From an uncultured bacterium (GTDB taxonomy: Bacteria > Chloroflexota > UBA5177 > JANWHV01), in assembly GCA_963729625.1 (NCBI GenBank), contig CAVSOU010000011.1, positions 448,001 through 512,000 of the forward strand: a stretch of DNA of 64,000 bases, read 5' to 3'. A program made the translations under genes and the position numbers. A model generated the notes under the pieces. The model made no database searches. It was not told where the DNA came from and saw nothing but the letters and a program-made list of their open reading frames with translations. How positions within the stretch are numbered: position 1 is the first letter of the stretch; each line of letters begins with the position of its first letter. Below, in pieces: positions 19,970 to 30,749 of this stretch.

Positions 19970-22900
19970 ATGCACGCTCGTACTCGCTTGGTAGCCAGAG
20001 CCGTGGCAGCTGCCGTAGTGGCAAGTGCCGCCTTTCCGGCCCTCATCAGCAGAGGCAGTGTTCTGCGTTCGATGCGTGCGCCTGCCGCCCACGCCATGCC
20101 AGTCGAGGTACGCGGCTACTCGCCGGCGCTGCTCGATCAAGCGGCAGCGCACTCGGTTCCCATGATCTTCTTGCTCAAACCAGGGTCGGTTAGCAGCGCA
20201 GAAAGTGTTATCCGGACCCTAACGCAGGCCGGCGCCTCGAACATCTCGCAGCTCAGCTTGATCGGTGGAATCTCGGCGAACGTGGGGCAGCCCGCGCTCG
20301 ACGCGCTTCGCTATGATGGCCGCCTGGCTTCGGTCCAGCCCGACCAGATCATGCAACCGGAACCAATCCCCAACCTGGCACAAATGCAGGATCAGGAGGC
20401 GCACGCGCAGGTAACAGCCGGTGGCGCAGTGCCATTCACCCAAACGGTGGTAAGCGAGCCCGACACCCTGAGCATCATCCACGCCGACCTTGCTCAGGAG
20501 CAGTTTACGGGCCGCAACGTGCGTGTAGCGGTGATCGACTCGGGCATCGACCTCAGCCATCCCGATTTGCAGGGGGTGATGCTGATGGGGTCCGATGGTA
20601 AACCGCTCTACAAGGATTTCACCAATACGGACCTCACAGACACTATTGGGCACGGGACCGCGTGCGCGGGCACGATCGTCGCGCAGGGAAAGACACTGTA
20701 CAGCGCGACGGATACGTACTCTCGCTATCTCTATCCGGCACTGAAACCGGGCGAGCGGCAATCCGATCGCACCTACTTCACTACGACCGGGGTCGCGCCC
20801 GGGGTGAAACTCATGGTAGCCAAGGTGTTTGACTCGCGAGCCGACGCCAGCACCAGCGGTTTCGTACGGGCCATTCAGTGGGCAATTCAGAATCACGCGG
20901 ATATCATCAGCGAGTCGTGGGGCGCGCCTGACCTCTACTACGCCGGTAACAACGTCACCGCCCTGGCCGATGAACAAGCCGTTCAGCACGGAATCACGGT
21001 CGTCGTCGCCAGCGGCAACGCCGGGCCAGGCGCTTCCAGCACTGAATCACCCGGCTCACTTCCCGATGTAATCACCGCGGGCGCCTCGACCGACTATCGA
21101 CAATACGCCGAGACCGGTTTCTACACGCGATACGGCCTGTACGGGTCGGATAGCATTGCCGCGTTCACGTCGGAAGGACCAACGCTTGACGGCCGGGTGC
21201 GCCCCGACATTTTTGCACCCGGAGCGTTTGGTTGGGCGACATTTCCGCACACCCCGAGCGTCGATGGTCCAACGACCAAGCCGTACACGATTGGCAGCTT
21301 CGGCGGCACGAGCATGGCGACTCCAGTGACCGCCGGTGTGGCGGCGCTGGTGATCAACGCGTATCGTGACACGCACGGCGGTACGGGCCCCACGCCCGCG
21401 CACGTGAAACAAATCTTGCAGAGCAGCGCCGACGACCTTGGCTATGGCGCTCAGGATCAGGCAGCCGGCCGGATCGATGCCTATCGCGCTGTTGAGATGG
21501 CCGGTCATCGAGGAGCGTCAGTGCTCCTGTCGGGCCCGATCACGCTCGAAGGATTGCCGGGACAGCACCTGAGCCAGACCATGACGCTTACGAACACGGG
21601 ACAGGTCAGTGAGACCGTCTTGGTGCAGCCGCAGGTGACGCATCAGACCCAGGCGCTCAGCTTTGGCGGAACCGTGGTCGCCGATAACGCCGTCGCGTAT
21701 CACTTCAGGGTTCCCGCGGGTACGACCGTTCTGAAGGGTTCTGCCACCTTTTCGAGCCAACGCACGGTGCCCATTCCCGGTGAGCCGGCTCAGGATGTCA
21801 TTCTGCAGATTGCACTCTACGACCCGCATGGGAACCTGGCTAACGCCGAGCAATCGTTCGTAGCCGACCCCTCGTCTCCCGTGCAATCGGCTTCGGGCTA
21901 TGCCGGTACCACGGCGGCTCGTCCACTACCAGGCACCTGGACCGCCGTAGTAAGCCAGGCCCCGCGCCGTGGCGCCAATCAAGTTCGTCACTACGTGAGC
22001 GTGCCTTTCACCGGCCATATCAATCTGTTCAATTTCGCGTCCAGCAGTAGCGTTGTAAGTCCTTCGAGCTTCACGCTCAGGCCAGGCGAGGTCAAGCACA
22101 TACAGTACAAGACGGGTGCGCTCGGCGGGCCCGGCGTGTCGGAGGTCACCGTGCATGTACGAGAGCACGCTCTAGCACCGCTTGCCGACAGCCCGGTCGC
22201 CTCGACATCCGCGATCACGCCTACTGACGCGGTGGAGAGTATTCCAGCGATTGTGACCTCCGACATCGCTGTTGCGCGTGGCGTGGGCGCTTTTTCCGGA
22301 TCATTTACGGGAGGCATCGGCACGCAAGGATTCGCACGTGAAACCCGGTTCTACAACTTCTCCGTGCCCAGCGGCGTGCATAGCGCACAGGTGGCCATCG
22401 CATGGCACCACCAAGGAAACCTCTTCCTGCTCGGGCTGATCGACCCAAGCGGCAAGATCAACAACGCGGTCGACAACGCTTTCGTCAACAGCGACGGTTC
22501 GCTTGATCTCACACATCCGGTCGTGGAAGCGTACCTGACCGACCCGACGCCCGGTACCTGGCGCATCGTATTCATGAGCTTGACCTATGATGGACTCTAT
22601 ACGAGCGAGCCGTATAAGGGCGCGGTACTGCTTGACCAGCCCCAGCTCCGGGCAAGCGCCACTTCACTTACGGTCACAGCGGGAGGCAGCGCCAGCAAAT
22701 TCAGTATCGCGGTGCGCAATACCGGCGTTGCCCCGGACGGGTACTACAGCTACGCCACTTCCGATCAGTACACATATCTCGCGCTTGGTGGAAACGGCGG
22801 GTCGCTGCAGGCCGGTCTTTCGGTCGGCGTGGGAGCCACGAGTACCCTGACGTACACGACCAGCTTTGTCCCGCCCGGCACGCGCGAAGTCATAACGCAG

Positions 22901-24658
22901 GCGCAGAGTCTGAACACATCGCAACCCCTGGATATCGAGCTGGACGACTCGGCATACGGCTCGTACGCCGCTTTCGCTCGGCGAGCGGAGGTAAGCCTCG
23001 GCGGGCGCGTCAGCACGGGCGATTCGGCGACCATACAGGGCGATAACCTGCCTATCGGCCAGTACTTCATCAGCGTCTCGTTGCCCAGCGGTGCGCGGGG
23101 GGGCCAGATCTACGTCGCGTCCAGCACGCAGGCCTACGCTCTGTCGCCACAGCCATGGATCAAGCTGGACGCACAGCGCCACGTCGACGGAACCTTCAGT
23201 CAGAACTTGCTTGTGGCGCGACCAGGCGGTGTCGTCACGTTCCATGGCCAGGTCGCGGTTCCCGGGACCGTGGCTCCTGGCACCTACCACGCCCTTGTAT
23301 ACATCTACTCATATCGCGATGACCGAGTTGGCGTGGTTCCGCTTACGATCGCGGTGCTGCCTGCTCAACCAGCCCCGGCACCAACACCCGACCCGTTGCT
23401 TGCTACGGTTGCGTCGGCGCAGTACTTCCCCGAGGGTGCCTCGGCGCCCGGAGTACGGGACCAGATGGACCTGGTAAACCCGGGTTCGCTAGACGCCCAC
23501 GTGCAGATCCGTTTGATCAACGATGGCGGCTGGACGACGCTGTCACGCTACGTGCTTCCCGCCCACACTAGGAAGACGGTCAACGTGCAACCGCTCATAG
23601 GGGACAACCAGGTCATCGCGGCGGTCGTGCAAGCAGATCAGACGATCATCAGCGGCCGCCAGATACTGAGAAGCGGCGAGGCCGGCTCATATTCGGTAGG
23701 CACACAGAGCCCGGGCACTAAGTGGTACTTCGCGGACGGCTACACGGTGGGAAGCTTTGCCGAATACCTTACCGTCGTCAATCCGGGCGCGACGCAGGCT
23801 CACGTTCATATGCACCTGGTGAGTGACTCCGGCGATACGCGGGTCGGCAACTTCACAGTTCCAGGCTCGTCACGGCGAACTGTCCAAATGAGCGACCTGA
23901 TGCCGGACAAGGCCTTGAGCGTCACCATCACCAGCAACGTGCCGGTGGTTGCCGAGCGCGTACAGCTCTTCGGCAACTTGGGACAGGGCGTAACGACGAC
24001 CGTTGGCGCCCAGTCGGGCAGCACCGCGCAGTACATCGACCCCGGCCACCTGCCTGCAAGCGCGCAAGGGCATATCGTGATCTACAACCCTGGTGGCAAG
24101 CCGGCCAGTATCTCAGTCACGCCGATCGATCAACACGGACGGGCGAGAGCCACAGTACTGCTGAGCATCAAGGCTGGACGGCGCGCGACGATCGACCTCA
24201 GGGCGTTGTACCACACGGCCAATCTCGGCGCTGAAATAGCCAGCAATGTGCCGGTCGTGGCGGAGAAGGCGGCGTATTACGGGCGTATCGCGCAGTCGGT
24301 AGTGGGCGGTAGCGACCTGCTTGGACTCGCCTCCGCGGTGTCGCAGGTGGTCTTCCCAGGTGGGACAACGGCGAGCGGCGCTTCCAATTATCTCAACCTC
24401 TACAACCCGACTGCGAACCCGGAGAGCTTATCCATAATCGCGATCTTTGGTGGGTACCGGCAGGTGCATCGGACGGTGACCGTGCCCGCGGAAACACGGC
24501 TCAGCCTGAGCGTCTCCAGTCTGGGCGTCCCGACCGGTTCAAGCAGCTTGATTGTGCGCGGCGCCCAGGATGCGCAGTTTTTTGCAACACAATCGCTCTT
24601 CAACCGCGCCGGAACGGACGGTTCGGAACTCAGCGGTGTCAGTCTGACCGGGCAGTAA
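19970..24658 (+). CDS. secreted S8 (subtilisin-like) serine peptidase with a long beta-rich C-terminal region
   Basis: Signal-like N-terminus; catalytic triad VAVIDSG / GHGTACAG / GTSMATP; C-terminal repeated units starting YFPEG, WYFADG and VFPGG with SNVPVVAE. Confidence 0.88.
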   Translation: MHARTRLVARAVAAAVVASAAFPALISRGSVLRSMRAPAAHAMPVEVRGYSPALLDQAAAHSVPMIFLLKPGSVSSAESVIRTLTQAGASNISQLSLIGGISANVGQPALDALRYDGRLASVQPDQIMQPEPIPNLAQMQDQEAHAQVTAGGAVPFTQTVVSEPDTLSIIHADLAQEQFTGRNVRVAVIDSGIDLSHPDLQGVMLMGSDGKPLYKDFTNTDLTDTIGHGTACAGTIVAQGKTLYSATDTYSRYLYPALKPGERQSDRTYFTTTGVAPGVKLMVAKVFDSRADASTSGFVRAIQWAIQNHADIISESWGAPDLYYAGNNVTALADEQAVQHGITVVVASGNAGPGASSTESPGSLPDVITAGASTDYRQYAETGFYTRYGLYGSDSIAAFTSEGPTLDGRVRPDIFAPGAFGWATFPHTPSVDGPTTKPYTIGSFGGTSMATPVTAGVAALVINAYRDTHGGTGPTPAHVKQILQSSADDLGYGAQDQAAGRIDAYRAVEMAGHRGASVLLSGPITLEGLPGQHLSQTMTLTNTGQVSETVLVQPQVTHQTQALSFGGTVVADNAVAYHFRVPAGTTVLKGSATFSSQRTVPIPGEPAQDVILQIALYDPHGNLANAEQSFVADPSSPVQSASGYAGTTAARPLPGTWTAVVSQAPRRGANQVRHYVSVPFTGHINLFNFASSSSVVSPSSFTLRPGEVKHIQYKTGALGGPGVSEVTVHVREHALAPLADSPVASTSAITPTDAVESIPAIVTSDIAVARGVGAFSGSFTGGIGTQGFARETRFYNFSVPSGVHSAQVAIAWHHQGNLFLLGLIDPSGKINNAVDNAFVNSDGSLDLTHPVVEAYLTDPTPGTWRIVFMSLTYDGLYTSEPYKGAVLLDQPQLRASATSLTVTAGGSASKFSIAVRNTGVAPDGYYSYATSDQYTYLALGGNGGSLQAGLSVGVGATSTLTYTTSFVPPGTREVITQAQSLNTSQPLDIELDDSAYGSYAAFARRAEVSLGGRVSTGDSATIQGDNLPIGQYFISVSLPSGARGGQIYVASSTQAYALSPQPWIKLDAQRHVDGTFSQNLLVARPGGVVTFHGQVAVPGTVAPGTYHALVYIYSYRDDRVGVVPLTIAVLPAQPAPAPTPDPLLATVASAQYFPEGASAPGVRDQMDLVNPGSLDAHVQIRLINDGGWTTLSRYVLPAHTRKTVNVQPLIGDNQVIAAVVQADQTIISGRQILRSGEAGSYSVGTQSPGTKWYFADGYTVGSFAEYLTVVNPGATQAHVHMHLVSDSGDTRVGNFTVPGSSRRTVQMSDLMPDKALSVTITSNVPVVAERVQLFGNLGQGVTTTVGAQSGSTAQYIDPGHLPASAQGHIVIYNPGGKPASISVTPIDQHGRARATVLLSIKAGRRATIDLRALYHTANLGAEIASNVPVVAEKAAYYGRIAQSVVGGSDLLGLASAVSQVVFPGGTTASGASNYLNLYNPTANPESLSIIAIFGGYRQVHRTVTVPAETRLSLSVSSLGVPTGSSSLIVRGAQDAQFFATQSLFNRAGTDGSELSGVSLTGQ

Positions 24659-24765
24659 GAGGTATCCCGATCCAATCATGACGACGCCGCCGATCCTCTT
24701 CGCTCGAACGCATCGTCGGCCGGGTCCATCAGTTCCGAAGGGCGAAGAACAAGGCTTCTTGGCCC

Positions 24766-24806
24766 GAAGAAAGAACCAGGCGGGCACCCCCTCGGGAGTG
24801 CCCGCC
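24766..24806 (-). terminator. intrinsic terminator downstream of sodA
   Basis: GGCGGGCAC..GTGCCCGCC stem (24779-24806) followed on the minus strand by TTCTTTCTT. Confidence 0.65.
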
Positions 24807-24833
24807 GGTCTGCAGTCTGGACCACCGGGCGGC

Positions 24834-25451
24834 TCAGCGGCCGCCGGCGGCCTCATATCGACGCGCTACTTCCGGCCAGCTTACCGTGTTGTACCACGCC
24901 TCGATATACTTCTGACGCTGATTCTGGTATTTGAGATAGTACGCGTGCTCCCAGACGTCCACTCCAAGTATCGGAGTGCGGGCGTCGGAAATCGGGCTGT
25001 CCTGATTGGCAGTCGACTCGATGCGCAGCGCACCCGCCGAATCGATCGTGAGCCACGCCCAGCCGCTGCCGAAACGCCCGAGACCTGCCTTCGTGAGTTG
25101 TTCCTTGAACGCTTCGAAGCCCCCGAACGTCTTGTCGATGGCAGAGGCAACCGCTCCCGTGGGAGTGCCGCCTCCGTTCGGGGACAGGATCTGCCAGAAG
25201 AAGGTGTGGTTGGCATGACCGCCAGCGTTATTGCGGACGGCCATGCGGATATCCGAGGGCACCTTCTCCAGACTCTTGAGCAGATCCTCAACGCCCAGGA
25301 CAGCGAGGTCGGGGTAATTCGCCAGGGCGGCGTTCGCGTTATTGACGTACGTACCGTGATGCTTGTCGTGATGGATTCGCATTGTCAGTTCATCGATGTG
25401 CGGCTCCAGCGCGGCATAGTCATACGGCAAAGGCGGTAGTTCGAAAGCCAT
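24834..25451 (-). CDS. sodA: Mn/Fe superoxide dismutase
   Basis: [36 protein letters not shown] and DVWEHAYY. Confidence 0.95.
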   Translation of the reverse strand: MAFELPPLPYDYAALEPHIDELTMRIHHDKHHGTYVNNANAALANYPDLAVLGVEDLLKSLEKVPSDIRMAVRNNAGGHANHTFFWQILSPNGGGTPTGAVASAIDKTFGGFEAFKEQLTKAGLGRFGSGWAWLTIDSAGALRIESTANQDSPISDARTPILGVDVWEHAYYLKYQNQRQKYIEAWYNTVSWPEVARRYEAAGGR

Positions 25452-25684
25452 GTGGTGAATGCTCCTCGCGTGCTGTGGTTTTAACTCCTACTAGGAGTAT
25501 GCCGGAGTCGCCAATAAATGCAGACAACCAAACAGCAGTGTTCGATGCATTTGAGGCGAAAACCGGTCTGATAGCGAAACCAGCAACCCGCCATTCTCGT
25601 CCTAATGTGACGACAGAGAACGGGCAGGTTGCTGGATGCGGATCACTGCGATGGCAACACCGGCCCGCATGGGGCAAGATCGCG

Positions 25685-25987
25685 CTACTTGCGATAGCTC
25701 TCAGATCCTGCTTTCTCGGCGCGCTCGCTCAAGTCTTCCTTCATGGACGAGTTCTTCGCGCGGGAATTCTGGCCATGGCTCTGCCCGCCGCGACTGCCGA
25801 TCGCGGCCATGTGCGCGCGGTCCTCGCTGACGACCTCGCCACCCTTACTGCCCGCTATTCTTGCCTCTTCGGACGTGAACTCATGCGCAGTGCCGGCCTC
25901 ATGCGCGGCCCTGCCTCCCTTGCTAGCGATACTACGCTGCTTCTCTGGATCCATTGAGGCAAAGCCTCGGTTTGACGTGCCCGGCAT
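25685..25987 (-). CDS. KGG-repeat general stress protein
   Basis: RGFASMDPEKQRSIASKGG..AHEFTSEEARIAGSKGG..DRAHMAAIGSRGG. Confidence 0.85.
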   Translation of the reverse strand: MPGTSNRGFASMDPEKQRSIASKGGRAAHEAGTAHEFTSEEARIAGSKGGEVVSEDRAHMAAIGSRGGQSHGQNSRAKNSSMKEDLSERAEKAGSESYRK

Positions 25988-26257
25988 TGTCTGGTTTCCT
26001 TTCGTTTCGCGTTACCAGGCGAGTGTCCCCAATTGCTCAGTGTGCGGATAGTGCGGTTTACCCACATCAATCGAATGGCCGGATCAGCCCGCCGATCGGC
26101 TTAGGCCGGTTTGGCCGAAAGCATGGACCGCTCCACACACAACTGCACGTCTCGACACGTGTCGTGCGGTGTACTATCATGACTCTGCCAGGCTAGCTGC
26201 TCACAGTCAAGTGGCTGGGTACGGGCCTACGCACTAGTCACCGTCGGTGAAATTGGG

Positions 26258-26971
26258 ATGCACGCGCTATACCTGGTCTGTCTGGTAGGCGGCCTGGGCG
26301 CGACGGTTCTACTCGCCCTGATCGGCGGTCTCGCCGGTCACGTGGGTGGTCACACCGCAGGGCACCTGCATGTCGGGCATTCAACACCACATCTCGCCGC
26401 CCCGCATGCGCATGCGGCGCTGCCCGACGCGCACGGACACGCGGTCGCTCCCGTCGCTCCTTCAGCGGTGACGAGCCCCGGCTCGACGATGGTCTCGGCT
26501 TTCGGTTGGACGCTTTCGTGGCTCAGCCCACTCTCGATCGCCGCCGCCGTACTGTGGTTCGGCGCCGGCGGCATGCTTGCCGATCTTGCGGTACCCGGTA
26601 TCTCCGCGCTCATCGCGGTCGTCGCTGCCGTCCTGGGCGCTGGGATCGTGCGCGAGGTCATTTCGGCGTTTGCCCGAGCGAGCAGCGAGCCCTTATCGGC
26701 GGGCGCAGTCGGCGCAGTCGGCCTATTGAACGCCAGAATCCAGCCCGGGGCGATGGGCGAGGTCGTCTTCGATCTGGAAGGACTACATCGCAGCGCTCCA
26801 GCCCGCAGCAACGACGGATCGCCAATCCCTCGCGGTGCCAGTGTCGTGATCGTTCGCTACGAACAGGGCGTCGCCTATGTTAGCGCACTGGATCCGCTCA
26901 GCGCCATCAATGAATTTGAGCAAACCGGCAATGGAAGCGAAGAGGTAGGCAGCCGTCGGGCCGGCCCGTGA
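26258..26971 (+). CDS. NfeD-like (YuaF/YqiJ-type) membrane protein with a His-rich loop and C-terminal OB-fold
   Basis: TM helices, a His-rich segment and GEVVF..ARSNDGSPIPRGASVVIVRYEQGVAYV; lies directly upstream of flotillin. Confidence 0.8.
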   Translation: MHALYLVCLVGGLGATVLLALIGGLAGHVGGHTAGHLHVGHSTPHLAAPHAHAALPDAHGHAVAPVAPSAVTSPGSTMVSAFGWTLSWLSPLSIAAAVLWFGAGGMLADLAVPGISALIAVVAAVLGAGIVREVISAFARASSEPLSAGAVGAVGLLNARIQPGAMGEVVFDLEGLHRSAPARSNDGSPIPRGASVVIVRYEQGVAYVSALDPLSAINEFEQTGNGSEEVGSRRAGP

Positions 26972-27077
26972 CCGTTGCCCATTGATTCCAACGTCCCTAT
27001 GGGATACATGCGCATCTCGGTAGACCGATCGGCGATAGTGCGGTGAATGCTCCAGGCGGCAAGAGAGAGGTTCTGAA

Positions 27078-28727
27078 ATGAGTCCAACGGTAGAAGGTAT
27101 CGTCATAGCTGTCGCCGCGGTTGCCGGGCTCATGTTGATCATTTCCGTGCTGGGCACTATCTACAGAAAGGTAGGGCCCAACCGGGCGCTGATCGTCTTT
27201 GGCAAGGGAGGAACCAAGGTCGTGGTCGGTGGCGGCACACTGATCCTCCCACTGTTCCAGCGAGCCATGGAATTCAATCTCGAGCTGATGAGCTTCGACG
27301 TGGCTCCTTCATTCCTGCTGTACACGACACAGGGTATTCCGGTCAAAGTCGAGGCGATCACGCAGCTCAAAGTCGAGAACGAAGCTGAAAAAATCAAGCG
27401 GGCTGCGAACCAGTTCTTGAGCAAGAGCGAGGATGAGCGGGAGACGATGGTCCGCCAGGTAATGGAGGGGCACCTTCGCGGGATCGTCGGCCAGCTGACC
27501 GTCGAGCAGTTGGTGAAAGACCCCGAGATGGTCTCCGCCCGCATGCGCGAGACCGTTGCCGGCGATCTGGACAAGCTCGGGCTTGAAGTGATCAGCTTCA
27601 CATTGAAGGATGTAGCGGACGAATCGGGCTACATCCAGAACATGAGCCGGCCAGAAATAGCGCGCAACAAGCAGATGGCGGAGATCGCCGAAGCGGAGAT
27701 GACGAGAAACGTTGCCATCCGCTCTGCCGAGACGTCCAGAGAGTCCGCGCAGGCGAGGGCCAAGGCGGATCAGGAGCGGGTACTGGCCGAGACGCTATCC
27801 AAGACGGCGCAGGCGGAGGCTCAACGCGATCTGGAGGTGAAACAGGCTGAGTATCTGAGCACGATCTCCGGCCAGAAGGCGCAGGCCGATCGGGCGTACG
27901 ACATACAGGCAAGCATCACCCAGCAGAAACTCATCGAAGAGAAGACGAAGATCGATATCGTCCAGAAGCAGCAGGAAGCCAAGGTCCAGGAGGCGGAGGG
28001 CGTGCGGCGGACGGCGGAGCTCATCGCCACGGTGCAGCGCCAGGCCGAGGCTGAGCGCGAACGGATCCGCATCCTGGCAGAGGCCGAGCAGCGACGCGCG
28101 ATTCTTGACGCGGAGGGGAAGGCCAAGGCGATAGTGCTCCAGCTCGAGTCAGAAGCCGAAGGTAAGGCTCGAGCGGTACGCCTGCAAGCCGATGCGGATG
28201 CCATGGCGATCAAGGCGCGCGGCGAGGCCGAGGCCGATGCCCTCCGCCTGAAGGGCATGGCGGAAGCCGACGCGATCAGGGCTCGCGGCATGGCGGAAGC
28301 GGAGTCGCTTCGCCGGCGCGTCGAAGCCTTGAACGCGCAAAACCAGGCTGCCATCCTGGACAAGGCGCTGAGCGGCTTGCCCGAGATCGCCGGTCACCTG
28401 TTCGAAGCGTACGGACACGTGGGCAACGTGACATACGTAGCATCGGGCGACGGCGATGGCGTCACTGCCAAGATTACACGGGACGTGATAGGCATGGTGC
28501 CGTTGCTGGGCGCCGTTTTCGAATCTACCACCGGCCTGAAGCTGCGCGATCTGATCAGCCACCAGACTGGCGGCAACGGCCACGACCAGACGCCGGCCAT
28601 AGTCAACGACGCGGATGTGGCCTCGACTGCCGGGCCTCGGCCGGCGGAAATTGCAATGCAGGACGCGCCGGCCAGTGCTGCACCGGTAACTGCCGTCGTA
28701 TCGAGCGCGCCTGGGGCCCCAGTCTGA
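27078..28727 (+). CDS. flotillin-like SPFH domain protein
   Basis: YRKVGPNRALIVFG, EGHLRGIVGQLTVEQ, LGLEVISFTLKDV and an AEA-rich coiled coil. Confidence 0.9.
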   Translation: MSPTVEGIVIAVAAVAGLMLIISVLGTIYRKVGPNRALIVFGKGGTKVVVGGGTLILPLFQRAMEFNLELMSFDVAPSFLLYTTQGIPVKVEAITQLKVENEAEKIKRAANQFLSKSEDERETMVRQVMEGHLRGIVGQLTVEQLVKDPEMVSARMRETVAGDLDKLGLEVISFTLKDVADESGYIQNMSRPEIARNKQMAEIAEAEMTRNVAIRSAETSRESAQARAKADQERVLAETLSKTAQAEAQRDLEVKQAEYLSTISGQKAQADRAYDIQASITQQKLIEEKTKIDIVQKQQEAKVQEAEGVRRTAELIATVQRQAEAERERIRILAEAEQRRAILDAEGKAKAIVLQLESEAEGKARAVRLQADADAMAIKARGEAEADALRLKGMAEADAIRARGMAEAESLRRRVEALNAQNQAAILDKALSGLPEIAGHLFEAYGHVGNVTYVASGDGDGVTAKITRDVIGMVPLLGAVFESTTGLKLRDLISHQTGGNGHDQTPAIVNDADVASTAGPRPAEIAMQDAPASAAPVTAVVSSAPGAPV

Positions 28728-28830
28728 CGGGGACGCCAAGTGAAGGAGCGCGCCGGTGCCCGCGCTGGGGTGGGCGGACCGCTACCATGCAGATACCGCC
28801 GGGCAGTGCACAGGCAAGAATGGAGAGTTG

Positions 28831-29814
28831 ATGCCGGCTGAAACCACTCCGGAGGAGGGGCCGCACGTGTATTCGGAGCCAACCGTACGTCCCCTCCGCG
28901 AGCATGAGCTGAGCGCGGCCGATCGCGTCGTTCGTCTGGCTTTCGGTACGATGCTGGGATTGCCGGATCCCACGAGTTTCCTCGGCGACGCGGATCTTGT
29001 CGGCACGCGGTTTGCCGGCGACGCCTCCGTAGCCCTCGCCGCGGTGGCGGGAAGCGACGTGGTCGGATACAACTGTGTAAGCCGTTGGGGCAGCGTGGGC
29101 TTCTTCGGCCCGCTTGCCGTCCACCCAGAGTGGTGGAATCGCGGTGTTGCCCAGAAGCTGATTGGCGCGACCCTTGAGTTGTTCGCCGCATCCGGCACAA
29201 GCCACCTCGGCCTGTTCACGGCGCCGGAAAGCATCAAACATCTCCATCTGTACCAGAAGTTCGACTTCTGGCCCCGTTTCCTGACGCCAATTATGCAGAA
29301 GGTTGGAAGCGCGCCCGGCGCCGAGGACACGTGGTCTCGCTTCTCACGAATCGCCAAAGAGGAGCGCACCGGATGTCTCCGGGCGTGCCGAGCGGTCACC
29401 GACGCCGTGCTGGATGGTCTCGACGTGACGGCCGAAATCCAGTCCGTCGAAGCTCAATGCCTTGGCGACACTGTGCTCCTCTGGGACGGCAGCCGGTTAG
29501 CCGGGTTTGCTGTCTGCCACTGCGGTGCGGACAGCGAAGCCGGATCCGGAACATGCTACGTGAAGTTCGGAGTCGTCCTTCCAGGCCCTCGAGCAGCGGA
29601 GTACTTTGCGCGACTCCTCAACGCGTGCGAAGCGCTTGCCACGGCGGAGCAGGCAGGCACGATAGTAGCCGGTGTGAACATGGCCCGGCACGATGCGTAC
29701 CGGCGGATGTTGGCGGCGGGATATCGCACGCAGAGCGAGGGAATCGCCCTGCACCGGCAGAATGACCCGGGATACAACCGACCAGACGTCTTCCTCATCG
29801 ACGACTGGCGCTAG
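28831..29814 (+). CDS. GNAT family N-acetyltransferase (tandem GNAT-like)
   Basis: GPLAVHPEWWNRGVAQKL and HLYQKFDF. The start is approximate. Confidence 0.75.
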   Translation: MPAETTPEEGPHVYSEPTVRPLREHELSAADRVVRLAFGTMLGLPDPTSFLGDADLVGTRFAGDASVALAAVAGSDVVGYNCVSRWGSVGFFGPLAVHPEWWNRGVAQKLIGATLELFAASGTSHLGLFTAPESIKHLHLYQKFDFWPRFLTPIMQKVGSAPGAEDTWSRFSRIAKEERTGCLRACRAVTDAVLDGLDVTAEIQSVEAQCLGDTVLLWDGSRLAGFAVCHCGADSEAGSGTCYVKFGVVLPGPRAAEYFARLLNACEALATAEQAGTIVAGVNMARHDAYRRMLAAGYRTQSEGIALHRQNDPGYNRPDVFLIDDWR

Positions 29815-29825
29815 CCGCGGGCCTG

Positions 29826-30749
29826 TCACTTCTGCGCGGCATACGCTACGGCGATGCGCGAGGCGATTGTGGCGTTGTTACGGATCAGGGCAATGTTCGT
29901 CGACAGGCTTTCGCCCTCGGTCGTGCGGCGAATCTCGTCGAGCAGATAGGGCGTCACGTCGGCACGCGAAATGCCGGCAGACGACGCGGCAGTCAGCGCG
30001 GCCTCAATGGCCCGCTGCATGATCTCCGGGTCGAGCGCGAACTCGGGAGGAACCGGACAGGCTACCAGAATACCACTGCCCAGACCGAGCGACCAATGCA
30101 GCCGCGCGACCCGCGCAACCGTTTCGGGCTCGTCGATCCGTGCATCGACGCGGTAGGGCGTCGAGGGCACGTAGAAGCCTGGAAAGCGATCTGTGCCGAA
30201 CCCCACCACCGGAACGCCTTGGGTCTCGAGGTATTCGAGCGTCAGCCCGATGTCCAGTATCGCCTTGGCCCCGGCGCACACGACCACCACCGGCGTACGC
30301 GCCAGCTCCATGAGATCGGCCGAGATATCGAGTGTCTGGGCGCCGCCACGATGCACGCCTCCAATACCTCCTGTGGCAAACACGGCTATGCCGGCTTGCG
30401 CACCGCACCACATGGTCGCCGCGACGGTGGTTGCTCCCCATCCGCCGGCTGCAAGCACGAGGCTGAGATTGCGACGACTGAGTTTGGCCACGCCGGTTCT
30501 GCGCGCCAGTTGCTCGACCTCAGCTGCGCCCAGACCCACGCGTATGACGCCGTCGATAACGGCTATCGTCGCCGGCACGGCGCCCTGGCTGCGCACGGCA
30601 GCCTCCGCTTCGTGCGCCACCTCCAGGTTTTGCGGCCAGGGAAAGCCGTGTGAAATGATCGTCGACTCCAGCGCGACGATCGGGCGACCTTCAAGCTTGG
30701 CAGCTGCGACTTCGGGCGATATGGAGAAGGATGGATGCGGCGTGCTCAG
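29826..30749 (-). CDS. psuG: pseudouridine-5'-phosphate glycosidase
   Basis: PIVALESTIISHG (upstream of the track's start), PATIAVIDG, ATTVAATM, FATGGIGGVHRG, DISADL and GAKAILD. The start is inferred at CTG 30749. Confidence 0.9.
   Translation of the reverse strand: MSTPHPSFSISPEVAAAKLEGRPIVALESTIISHGFPWPQNLEVAHEAEAAVRSQGAVPATIAVIDGVIRVGLGAAEVEQLARRTGVAKLSRRNLSLVLAAGGWGATTVAATMWCGAQAGIAVFATGGIGGVHRGGAQTLDISADLMELARTPVVVVCAGAKAILDIGLTLEYLETQGVPVVGFGTDRFPGFYVPSTPYRVDARIDEPETVARVARLHWSLGLGSGILVACPVPPEFALDPEIMQRAIEAALTAASSAGISRADVTPYLLDEIRRTTEGESLSTNIALIRNNATIASRIAVAYAAQK

Noticed and set aside
21397-21412. CACGTGAAACA half-match to parS (a similar one is near 22331-22346)
   Set aside because: Only one arm matches and both lie inside the protease CDS, so they are probably chance.
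24678-25439. 253-aa + strand ORF
   Set aside because: Antisense to sodA and spans its terminator.
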